DNA from: an uncultured Bacteroidota bacterium
Lineage (GTDB): Bacteria > Bacteroidota > Bacteroidia > Bacteroidales > JAAUTT01
Length of the DNA: 64,000 nucleotides
Assembly: GCA_963766305.1 (NCBI GenBank)
Contig: CAVYAE010000078.1
Span: 6,811-70,810, forward strand
Reading direction: 5' to 3'
In this document: in pieces, positions 1-8,881 of the stretch
Layout of the letters: every line of letters starts with the position of its first letter
Position numbering within the stretch: the first letter of the stretch is position 1
Position numbers and translations under genes: made by a program
Notes under the pieces: generated by a model
Told to the model about the DNA's origin: nothing
Seen by the model: the letters and a program-made list of their open reading frames with translations, nothing else
The model's database searches: none

Positions 1-569
1 AGGAGCTAATATATCAGGGTTACAATGTATATGGTATGGAAATAAATGAAGATGCTATTTTAAGTCTAGAAAAAAAAAATTTCATAGTCATAAGGCACGA
101 TATTACACAGCCATTTAATTTGGATGAAAAATTCGAATTGGTATTAATATTGGATGTTTTGGAACACGTTTTTGACCCCGGCGCATTATTGTTACAAGCA
201 AAAAATACCTTATCTGACAATGGGCATATAATAATTTCAGTCCCTGTTTATTTTGACCTTAGGGACAGGTTGCGTATTTTATTTACCGGAAAGGTTATTA
301 GTTATGATAATTTATGTTATGGGAAAAAAATTTATAAACAATTTAGGAGTTTTAATTATGATCACATAAGATTCTTCAGGCCAAAAGATATTTTTGAACT
401 GATAGAGATTCTTAATATGAAAACAATTAGAGTTGAATATCAACCTTTAATTATATTTAATAAATTCATCAGGGCATTATTATTACCACTGATAAATAAA
501 GTTACTGTTAAAATGTTTCCCGGAATTCTGGCACATTCAATGAAGATTGTAGTAAATAACAAAAACTGA
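1..569 (+). CDS. Class I SAM-dependent methyltransferase, 5' end cut by window edge
   Basis: The frame is open from nt 3 (ELIYQGYNVYGMEINE...), so the Met at 36 is probably internal. 'LDVLEHVFDPGALLLQAKNTLSDNGHIIISVP' resembles the distal motifs of type-11/12 methyltransferases. It heads a glycan cluster. Confidence 0.7.
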   Translation, partial: ELIYQGYNVYGMEINEDAILSLEKKNFIVIRHDITQPFNLDEKFELVLILDVLEHVFDPGALLLQAKNTLSDNGHIIISVPVYFDLRDRLRILFTGKVISYDNLCYGKKIYKQFRSFNYDHIRFFRPKDIFELIEILNMKTIRVEYQPLIIFNKFIRALLLPLINKVTVKMFPGILAHSMKIVVNNKN

Positions 570-580
570 TTTTGTTAAAA

Positions 581-1765
581 ATGAGAATAGGTTTTGATTG
601 TACAGCTATCTTACCGGATTATGTAGGAGGTGTAAATACATACAATCTGGGATTAATTAAAGGTTTGGTTGAATTGGATGATGATAATTATCAGTACATT
701 ATTTTTTGTACATCTAAAAATATTAAACTTTTTAGCGGGTTTCAAAATAATTGCCGGATTATTATTTTAGATGAGGCTTCATATTATATAAGAAAAATTT
801 TTAGAATAATTCCATATCTGCTCAATTCCAAATTTCTATGGAAATTATTTTGGAATATCTATACCAGAGTATTTCAAATTAAAACTAAAATAGAGAATCA
901 ATGTGATATACTTTATACAGGCACAACAATTTTAAACATTTATAATTTATCTGTTCCAACTGTACTTTCTCTTCATGATATTCAGGAATACCATTTCCCT
1001 GAATTTTTTACCTGGCATGAACTAAGGCTGAGAAACCTGGCAGTTTACAATAGTGTTAATTCAGCTAATATTATTCAGGTTAGCAGTGAATATATCAAAT
1101 CGGACCTTTTACAGCATTTCAGATTCCTGAAAGAATCGCAGATTTGTGTTATTCCCGAAGGAGTTGATATTTTAAAATTTAACCAGGATTATAAAATAGA
1201 TATTCATGCAAAATATGGTATTCCTGAAAATTTTATTTTTTACCCGGCGCAGTTGTGGAAACATAAAAATCATTTGATATTGCTTCAAACTTTGTATAAT
1301 ATAAACAGGAAGAATGGCATGGAAATACCACTTGTATTAACAGGAGGTAAATACGGTGCTTATAAAACAATTATGGAATACATTGAAAATAAAAAGTTAA
1401 ATAAAGTATTTTACCTTGGAAAAGTACCTATTGAAGATCTTATATCCTTATATAAATCAGCAACATATTTAATTTCAACATCTTTGCATGAATCAAGTTG
1501 TATGCCTGTTTTAGAAGCTGCCGCTGCCGGGTTACCAATTATTGCTTCAAATATAGCCCCAAACATTGAAATGTCAAAAATATTGCAGATTAACTTATTT
1601 GATTTGTCAAATGAACATGACCTGAAAAGAATCCTGGTCAGTTTATGGACGAATCAGAACATAAGAAAAGATCAGATTGCATCAAACAAATTGAATGTTG
1701 AATATTATTCGTGGAAAAACTGTGCCTTACGCTACCTGTCCCTTTTTTCAAAGTTAGCCATATAA
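581..1765 (+). CDS. Glycosyltransferase family 4 (GT-B, GT1 clan)
   Basis: 'MRIGFDCTAI...' start and the C-terminal 'SLHESSCMPVLEAAAAGLPIIASN' (E-x7-E region) are typical of GT4. ATG at 581 is preferred over TTG at 572. Confidence 0.85.
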   Translation: MRIGFDCTAILPDYVGGVNTYNLGLIKGLVELDDDNYQYIIFCTSKNIKLFSGFQNNCRIIILDEASYYIRKIFRIIPYLLNSKFLWKLFWNIYTRVFQIKTKIENQCDILYTGTTILNIYNLSVPTVLSLHDIQEYHFPEFFTWHELRLRNLAVYNSVNSANIIQVSSEYIKSDLLQHFRFLKESQICVIPEGVDILKFNQDYKIDIHAKYGIPENFIFYPAQLWKHKNHLILLQTLYNINRKNGMEIPLVLTGGKYGAYKTIMEYIENKKLNKVFYLGKVPIEDLISLYKSATYLISTSLHESSCMPVLEAAAAGLPIIASNIAPNIEMSKILQINLFDLSNEHDLKRILVSLWTNQNIRKDQIASNKLNVEYYSWKNCALRYLSLFSKLAI

Positions 1766-1789
1766 TTTAATATCGTTGAATAAAAATAC

Positions 1790-3028
1790 ATGAGATTATC
1801 TTTATCCATAAAGAAAGATGCCTTTATATCAATAGGATTAATGTTAATTGTACTTTCAGCGTTTAACTTTTATTTTTTTGATACTTTTTATTTTCACTTT
1901 CTTTGGATTATAATTGTCAGCATTGGTTTTATAATTATTCTTTTAACAATAATACCAAATAAAATTTCGTGGGGTACAATTTTATTAATTATGTACCTTT
2001 TGTATTATACCTACTCAGGATTTATATCGAATTTTTTTAATCAGGAATTCGGTTCAATCATTTTTACCGGAACAGCGTTTATTTTATTTTCAATTTATTT
2101 GGATAGTCTTGAAAATAAAAGACTAATTATTAAGGTATTGGATTGGATAATTAATCTTTTTGTTTTGCTTACAACAATTAGTTTTATAGTTTTTATACTT
2201 TTTACATTAAAGGTACCAATACCGCATGAAATTGCCAACTTAAATGGCAGAGGCTTCCTTTACACTAACTACATGAATTTACTGATAATCTGTAATTATG
2301 TCAATGTCGATATTGGGCATTTTATAATAAGCCGTTTCAATGGAATGTTTATCGAACCCAGCATGCTGGGTATCTATACAGGTTTATTATTAATGATAGA
2401 TTATATTATTTTTCCAAATAAAAAGTTTCGCAAAGGGATTTTGATTTTTCTAAGTTTTTTTAGTTTCTCTTTTTCTTATTTCATTTTCCTATTCTTACTT
2501 ATTATTTACCGTTTATCTTTTAAGCATATCCTTATAATATTAATTTTATTAGCAGGCATTTTTTTTGTGGTTAATTCATTAATACCTCAGGAGTCACAGA
2601 AATATCTGTCTGCATTAACTATAGACCGGTTTAAGGTAAAAAACGGTCAATTGGCTGGAAATACAAGGAATACTGACGAAATTAAATTTAAATATTACCT
2701 TGAACACACATCGTCAAAATATCTTCTTTTTGGAAACGGGAAAGGGAGTAATCAACTTAAAGAAGCATCTTATTCTTCATGGTGCAGTGTATTATATGAA
2801 TCCGGGATCATTGGTTTTATACTATTTTTATTGTTACATATTTATTATCTTATATACCTGCCAATTAAAGCCGGAAAGATTAAAATAATAATTATAGGAA
2901 TATATCCTGTTGCCCTTATATATCCCGGATTAGAGGTTATAAGTTTTTTTACAATTATGTGCTTTGCTGCGATAAAGTTCTATTCAGAGGAATATTTTAA
3001 CAATGTAACAACTAACATTATATTATGA
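1790..3028 (+). CDS. O-antigen polymerase/ligase-like polytopic membrane protein (Wzy-like)
   Basis: 412 aa, extremely hydrophobic multi-span protein with one hydrophilic loop (residues ~265-320), located inside a glycosyltransferase cluster. No sequence motif was recognised beyond this topology. Confidence 0.55.
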   Translation: MRLSLSIKKDAFISIGLMLIVLSAFNFYFFDTFYFHFLWIIIVSIGFIIILLTIIPNKISWGTILLIMYLLYYTYSGFISNFFNQEFGSIIFTGTAFILFSIYLDSLENKRLIIKVLDWIINLFVLLTTISFIVFILFTLKVPIPHEIANLNGRGFLYTNYMNLLIICNYVNVDIGHFIISRFNGMFIEPSMLGIYTGLLLMIDYIIFPNKKFRKGILIFLSFFSFSFSYFIFLFLLIIYRLSFKHILIILILLAGIFFVVNSLIPQESQKYLSALTIDRFKVKNGQLAGNTRNTDEIKFKYYLEHTSSKYLLFGNGKGSNQLKEASYSSWCSVLYESGIIGFILFLLLHIYYLIYLPIKAGKIKIIIIGIYPVALIYPGLEVISFFTIMCFAAIKFYSEEYFNNVTTNIIL

Positions 3029-3810
3029 GTCCTCAACCTTTAATCACAATAATAACGGTTGTTTATAATAATGTTAAACTTATTCAACAGACAATAACCA
3101 GTGTTATTGAACAAACATTTAAAGATTACGAGTATATCATTATAGATGGAGGTTCCGGTGATGGCACTTTAGAGGTTATTAACAAATATGACACCTACAT
3201 TAAAAAATGGATAAGTGAAAAAGATATGGGCATCAGTGATGCTTTTAATAAAGGCATAAACATGTCTGAAGGTAGCTGGATCTGTTTCCTGAATTCAGGC
3301 GATGCCTTTTACAGCAAGGATACTTTAATCGAAGTTTATAAGTTTCTTGAAATTCAGGAGCATAAAATTATTACCGGGTTTGCGGTAATGACCGACGGGC
3401 GTCTGCTCCCGCCTTTTCCACTTAAGAATAGCTTAGCCCTGAATAAAAAAGCTAAAATATCTCACCAGGCAAGTTTTGTTTACCGCGAAGTTTTTAATAA
3501 GTGTGGCTTGTTTTCCATAAATTATAAATACAGAATGGATTATGAATTTTGGTTAAGAGTTTTTAAATTTTATGATTTTTTATTTGTAAATATAAAAATC
3601 GTGACTTACGATATTAACGGTGCTAGTTTTTATAATTTAAGAGAAGCATTTACTGAAGAAATAGCAGCCAACAAGGAGCATTTACCCAACTTTCTTAAAG
3701 TAAATACTATAATTAAGTTAAAGTTGATTCTGTCGGCTCTTATTCCTATAAAATTAATACGAATGGCAGTTACGGTTAAATACTTCATAATAAATAAAAT
3801 AATTAAATGA
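3025..3810 (+). CDS. Glycosyltransferase family 2
   Basis: 'ITIITVVYNN...YEYIIIDGGSGDGT' followed by 'SDAFNKGI' is the classic GT2 N-terminal DxD-type fold signature. It has 4-nt overlaps with both neighbours. Confidence 0.85.
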   Translation: MSPQPLITIITVVYNNVKLIQQTITSVIEQTFKDYEYIIIDGGSGDGTLEVINKYDTYIKKWISEKDMGISDAFNKGINMSEGSWICFLNSGDAFYSKDTLIEVYKFLEIQEHKIITGFAVMTDGRLLPPFPLKNSLALNKKAKISHQASFVYREVFNKCGLFSINYKYRMDYEFWLRVFKFYDFLFVNIKIVTYDINGASFYNLREAFTEEIAANKEHLPNFLKVNTIIKLKLILSALIPIKLIRMAVTVKYFIINKIIK

Positions 3811-4883
3811 AAATTGCTATAGACTGCCGTATGTTAAAACTATCAGGTATCGGGACATATTTGGAAGAAATATTGTTTTATTTAATTAATAATCATGACA
3901 ATGAATATTTATTAATAGGCAATAAAGAAAAGCTCGAAGCTTATCTTATAAATTCAAATGTTACTTGTTTATATACAGATATTCAGCCTTTTTCAATAAA
4001 GGAATTATTTACATTTCCTTTAAAAAAAATAAATAAATATGACCTGTTTTTTACTCCAAACTTTAATATACCAGGCGGAATTAAAATTCCGGTTTTCAGT
4101 GTTATACATGATGTGGTATTTCTTGATGTAAAATGGTTGGTTTCATTACCCGGAGTTATCATCCGCCGGATTTATATATTAAGGGCCTTATCTCTTTCAC
4201 GGGTGGTGTTCACTGTTTCAGCCTTCACAAAAATGAGAATACTGAAACATTTTAATACAAAAAGGAATATCATTGTTACTTATAATGGCATCAAAAATTC
4301 CTTAAACCTATACAGTAAGAACAATAAGGAGGCAAGCCTCCTTAATTTTCCATATATTATATACGTCGGTAATATTAAAAGGCATAAGGGTTTAAAAACC
4401 CTTCTCAACGCATATGCTGAAGCCAGGAAAATGGATTTTGATAAAAAACTTGTAATTGTTGGAAGAAAAGAAAATTTTCACTCAAAGGATAAAGAAGTGG
4501 CTAAGGCACTGGAGAATAATCCTGATATTATTTATACCGGGGAAGTTCCCGACCTGCAGCTTTATAATCTCATTAAATATGCCGATTGTCTTGTTCAGCC
4601 TTCAGAATATGAAGGGTTTGGAATACCACCCTTAGAGGCTTTATACCTTGGAACAAATGTAATAATTTCAGATATACCTGTGTTTAATGAAGTTTATAAG
4701 CATCTTCCCGTTACTTATTTTAAGGTGGGTAACAAAGATGATTTAAAAGAAAAACTATTTAATTTACCTTCTTACAAAATTGAGGTTTGCGACCTTATTA
4801 ACCTAATGTATAATTATGAAAATTCTGCGAAAATTATTTCATGTGAAACGAACATGATTAAGTTTAGACTCAAACACGAATGA
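3807..4883 (+). CDS. Glycosyltransferase family 4
   Basis: 'MKIAIDCR...' start and 'PSEYEGFGIPPLEALYLGTNVIISDIPVFNEV' (GT4 E-x7-E region). Confidence 0.85.
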   Translation: MKIAIDCRMLKLSGIGTYLEEILFYLINNHDNEYLLIGNKEKLEAYLINSNVTCLYTDIQPFSIKELFTFPLKKINKYDLFFTPNFNIPGGIKIPVFSVIHDVVFLDVKWLVSLPGVIIRRIYILRALSLSRVVFTVSAFTKMRILKHFNTKRNIIVTYNGIKNSLNLYSKNNKEASLLNFPYIIYVGNIKRHKGLKTLLNAYAEARKMDFDKKLVIVGRKENFHSKDKEVAKALENNPDIIYTGEVPDLQLYNLIKYADCLVQPSEYEGFGIPPLEALYLGTNVIISDIPVFNEVYKHLPVTYFKVGNKDDLKEKLFNLPSYKIEVCDLINLMYNYENSAKIISCETNMIKFRLKHE

Positions 4884-4905
4884 AATAAATAAACATATAT
4901 ATAAA

Positions 4906-5850
4906 GTGGAGACAATAGAGTATATTATAAAACGCATCTTAATTATAATTAAGCTGTTCAATATAAGAAAATATAAAATTTTCCCTAACCTTTATTATAT
5001 CAAGTATAACGATAAGACAAACTATAAGGTTTTGTTTTATTTTCCCGATCCGGTAATGATGCATCTTGGCGATCACCTCTTTTTTGAGCCGGTATGCAGG
5101 TTATTTATCCGGAATGGATATAATGTGGAAATTGCTCCTACTGATTTAATGGCCGGTTATTTTACAGGTAATAATTATAAGGTTGTAAACTCTGCCAATT
5201 TAGGTAATTATGATTTAATAATTACAAGTACAAGGTTCCTTATAAGTTTAAATAAAATAAAATGTAATATAATTTATGTCAGAACCGAATGCCCTGATAT
5301 AAATAAACCATTAATTAATGACCTGATTGATAAATTTTCGTATTTATTTAAGTTTGAAATGACAGTACCTGCAAAGCCTTTATATTACAAATCGGGTGAA
5401 CCGGTAAGTATTAAAATGGAGAAAAATAAACAATATATTATTTATAATAATTATTTGGTTTCCGGATCATTCAGGGTAAATCCGAAATTATTTTCAAGGC
5501 TGGAACAGTTTATTATAAGGTTTTTGAAGGAAAATCCCGGTTTTGGGGTTATTCATACAGGTACATCCAGGGATCTGGCAAAAGACAAAAAAAGTTATTC
5601 TTTTGTGGATATTGATCTTAGGGGAAAAACATCTGTTAAAGATTTATTTGACCTTTGCAGTGTTGAAAATGTAAGATATTATATTGGTTTCGATGGTTTT
5701 CTCATGCATCTGTTTTTTTTGCAAAATAAAAAAGCATATGTAATGTCCAGGGGCCGGTGGTCCAAAATAGCTGAATACTTCCTTGAAAATTATATCGATC
5801 CTCCTTATTATGTTGAGGATGTATCTGTAATTAAAAAATATATCAGGTAA
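4906..5850 (+). CDS. Hypothetical protein, possibly GT9 (heptosyltransferase-fold) glycosyltransferase
   Basis: GTG start. 'MHLGDHLFFEP' and 'DLRGKTSVKDLFDL...YIGFDGFLMHL' resemble the GT9 'GD..P' and 'L.GKTSL.EL..L....IG.DSG.MHLA' blocks. The similarity is weak and judged by eye. Confidence 0.4.
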   Translation: METIEYIIKRILIIIKLFNIRKYKIFPNLYYIKYNDKTNYKVLFYFPDPVMMHLGDHLFFEPVCRLFIRNGYNVEIAPTDLMAGYFTGNNYKVVNSANLGNYDLIITSTRFLISLNKIKCNIIYVRTECPDINKPLINDLIDKFSYLFKFEMTVPAKPLYYKSGEPVSIKMEKNKQYIIYNNYLVSGSFRVNPKLFSRLEQFIIRFLKENPGFGVIHTGTSRDLAKDKKSYSFVDIDLRGKTSVKDLFDLCSVENVRYYIGFDGFLMHLFFLQNKKAYVMSRGRWSKIAEYFLENYIDPPYYVEDVSVIKKYIR

Positions 5851-5874
5851 TTTCAAATAAAAAAATAATTATTT

Positions 5875-6747
5875 ATGAACTTATGTATCACTGGTTCATC
5901 TGGTTTTATTGGAACTAATTTTATTAAAAACGGACAGGAGTTTAATATTACTGAAGTTAATTTATTAACTCACAAAGTTGAAGATACTGATTTCTCTGGA
6001 TTTGACTGTGTGCTGCACCTTGCAGCTTTGGTTCATCAGATGCAGGGTGCTCATGAAGCTGATTATATGACGGTTAACCGTGATTTGACCGTAGATGTCG
6101 CTTCAAAAGCTAAAGCACAAGGTGTAAAGCATTTTGTTTTTATGAGCTCTGCCAAGGTATTTGGCGAATCCACAACCGGCAGGTATGCCTGGGACGAAAA
6201 TTCTGAATGTAACCCCACCGATCCTTATGGAAAAAGTAAATTGGAGGCGGAAAAGCTTTTACTTGGGTTAGAGGATGAATATTTCAAAGTGGCAGTAATA
6301 CGCTCTCCTCTGGTTTATGGGGCAGGAGTGAAAGCCAATATGTATAACCTTGTTAAACTGGTCAACAGGTTTATATTATTGCCTCTGGGTGGCATACACA
6401 ACTGCAGGTCCTTCGTTTATGCCGGTAATCTCGTTGCCCTTTTAAAACACATAATAAATAAACAGTCTTCCGGTATTTTTATCGCCGGGGACAGGGAATC
6501 ACTTTCCACAACCCGGCTTATACAAATAATTGCAAAGGCAAGCAACAGGAAAATAATATTAATCACTATACCCTCTTTGGCAATGAAGTTGTTGCACGTG
6601 TTAAAACCAACCATTGCCGACAGGTTATTTGGTTCACTGGAACTTAATAACACCACAACGAACACTAAACTAAATTTTTATCCTCCTTTTACGGTTGAAG
6701 AAGGTATTGGTGAGATGGTGTCGTGGTATAAAAATTCTTGTAAATGA
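5875..6747 (+). CDS. NAD-dependent epimerase/dehydratase (UDP-sugar 4-epimerase-like SDR)
   Basis: 'ITGSSGFIGTNF' Rossmann motif and 'PYGKSKLEAE' (YxxxK catalytic motif). Overlaps the downstream WecA-like gene by 4 nt. Confidence 0.85.
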   Translation: MNLCITGSSGFIGTNFIKNGQEFNITEVNLLTHKVEDTDFSGFDCVLHLAALVHQMQGAHEADYMTVNRDLTVDVASKAKAQGVKHFVFMSSAKVFGESTTGRYAWDENSECNPTDPYGKSKLEAEKLLLGLEDEYFKVAVIRSPLVYGAGVKANMYNLVKLVNRFILLPLGGIHNCRSFVYAGNLVALLKHIINKQSSGIFIAGDRESLSTTRLIQIIAKASNRKIILITIPSLAMKLLHVLKPTIADRLFGSLELNNTTTNTKLNFYPPFTVEEGIGEMVSWYKNSCK

Positions 6748-7724
6748 TTTACCTTATTTTATTTTTTGTTCTAGTAGTTTCTTTTATGTTAACCTGGATA
6801 GTCAGGATTATAGCTATCAGACGTTCTATCCTGGATATACCCAATCACAGAAGTTCACATACTATCCCCACTCCCAGGGGAGGCGGGCTGGCAGTTGCTG
6901 TGTCCTGGTTCGCCGGGCTAAGCTTTTTTTACAAATGCGGAATAATTGAGCTCAATTTTTTTTATGCCTTACTATCCGGCTTACCACTTATTATAATAGG
7001 GTTTATTGACGATTTATTCAATATAAAACCACTGTCAAGGTTTGTAGTTCAGTTTATTTGTGCCGCTATGGCCGTGTACTTTTTGGGAGGGTTTCAAAAT
7101 TTACAGGTTGCCACTGTTAACCTTAAGCACATATATGTTCTCACCCCGATTGCTTTTATTGCAATCGTGTGGTCGGTTAACCTGTTCAATTTTCTCGATG
7201 GTATAGATGGGTATATAGGTACGGAGATCGTTTTTATAGGTCTGGCCTTATATTTATTATCAGGTTATTATACAGGTCTCCTGCTGGCGATGGCTACAAC
7301 AGGCTTTCTCATCTGGAACTGGCCCAGGGCTAAAATATTCATGGGCGATGCAGGTAGTACGCTGCTGGGATTTACGGTGGCTGTATTTGCTATTTACTAT
7401 CAGAATAATTTTACTCTTTCAATTTCGGTTTGGTTAATATTAACCTCAGTTTTCTGGTTCGATGCCACCGTTACTATAATCAGAAGGTTATTAAACAAAG
7501 AATATTTAGCCGTTGCTCACCGGAAACATGCATTTCAAAGGATAGTGCAAAGCGGATTCAGCCATGGCAAAACAACGCTGTGGGCTCTGGGATTAAATAT
7601 TTTTGGGTTTACACTTGCAATTCTTGCCAAAGGGTTACCGGAGTTCGATTACCTCTTCCTATTGACTGATCTGATTATCCTGTCTCTGATAATGTTCCGG
7701 ATAGATAAAAAGAATCCCTTTTAA
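6744..7724 (+). CDS. Polyprenyl-phosphate sugar-1-phosphate transferase (MraY/WecA/WbpL family), initiating transferase
   Basis: Multi-span protein with 'IGFIDDLFNIKP', 'NLFNFLDGIDG' and 'IFMGDAGS' motifs, which are diagnostic of the family. Confidence 0.85.
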   Translation: MIYLILFFVLVVSFMLTWIVRIIAIRRSILDIPNHRSSHTIPTPRGGGLAVAVSWFAGLSFFYKCGIIELNFFYALLSGLPLIIIGFIDDLFNIKPLSRFVVQFICAAMAVYFLGGFQNLQVATVNLKHIYVLTPIAFIAIVWSVNLFNFLDGIDGYIGTEIVFIGLALYLLSGYYTGLLLAMATTGFLIWNWPRAKIFMGDAGSTLLGFTVAVFAIYYQNNFTLSISVWLILTSVFWFDATVTIIRRLLNKEYLAVAHRKHAFQRIVQSGFSHGKTTLWALGLNIFGFTLAILAKGLPEFDYLFLLTDLIILSLIMFRIDKKNPF

Positions 7725-7782
7725 ATTTTGATTTTATATTTTTAATTGTATCGTCAAAGCAAATAATCACTTATCAATGTGT

Positions 7783-8862
7783 TCAAAACAATTCCTCCAA
7801 CAGCTGGAGGTTTTTGTAAAAGTCGAACTTGGAGGAAATTTTATTTTTGGCATTTTCTCCCATATCCTTTCGCAGGTCGGGGTTATTTATTAGAAGCATA
7901 ACTTTATCAGCCAGGGCGGTTATATCACCAAAAGGGGTTAAATAGCCTGTAACACCATCATCAACCATTTCAGGCATACTGCTTATATTAAAAGCTACAA
8001 CAGGTTTTCCATGGGCCATGGCTTCAAGGAGGGCATTGGAAAAGCCTTCACTTATAGATGGAAATACAAAAATATCGATCTCTTCATAAAAATTTGAAGT
8101 ATCGTGTAAAAACTCAAGGAATACAATTGAATGTTCGACTTTAAGTTTTTTGGCATAATTATCAAGCTGATGCCGCAATTTACCAATACCGGCAATTCTG
8201 ATTACAAAGTCTGACTGCAGGTTCTTTAGCTGAACGGCAAGATCTATAAGATACTTCTGTCCTTTCTCTTCTATCAGACGCCCGACATTACCAATAACTA
8301 TCCTTTTACCCAGCACATGTTTTCCATCCCTGTAATTTACATTTGAAAAATCTATTCCATTATAAATTACGTGAATATCCGACATTTTCATCAGTGAATG
8401 ATTCCTTACAAGCAAGCTGCGTTTTACTTCTTCAGAATTGGTTATTACCTTGGAAACAATATTCCTGAAATAGAACCTGTTAATAATATTGTTTTTAATA
8501 GGCTTGGCCAAACCACGCCTGTATATAATTTGTCGTACCCCGGCAATCTTTGCAGCCAGTCCTGCAGCTTTTAAATCCTGTGATAATCCTAATATTAAAG
8601 TGTCAATATGGTTTTTTCTGAAAATCCTGTATAAGAAAAATATTTTAACCGGATCGATAAAACTAAGGTTGTAAATTCTGACCCGTATTACAGGAATAGT
8701 TGTTTCTTTAAGCCTTTCATAAAGCCTGCTGGGTTTGTTTGTACATGCAATTATCTTATAATTGTTTTCTGATAAGCTTATGCCAATTTCCAAATACCAT
8801 TTTTCGCCACCACCCCAGGTTACACTGCTATTAAACAGACAAATATTTTTGATTTTGTTCAT
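7783..8862 (-). CDS. Glycosyltransferase family 4
   Basis: 'FPSISEGFSNALLEAMAHGKPVVAFNISSMPEMV' E-x7-E region on a GT-B layout. Confidence 0.85.
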   Translation of the reverse strand: MNKIKNICLFNSSVTWGGGEKWYLEIGISLSENNYKIIACTNKPSRLYERLKETTIPVIRVRIYNLSFIDPVKIFFLYRIFRKNHIDTLILGLSQDLKAAGLAAKIAGVRQIIYRRGLAKPIKNNIINRFYFRNIVSKVITNSEEVKRSLLVRNHSLMKMSDIHVIYNGIDFSNVNYRDGKHVLGKRIVIGNVGRLIEEKGQKYLIDLAVQLKNLQSDFVIRIAGIGKLRHQLDNYAKKLKVEHSIVFLEFLHDTSNFYEEIDIFVFPSISEGFSNALLEAMAHGKPVVAFNISSMPEMVDDGVTGYLTPFGDITALADKVMLLINNPDLRKDMGENAKNKISSKFDFYKNLQLLEELF

Positions 8863-8881
8863 TATATTCCAAATTCAATAT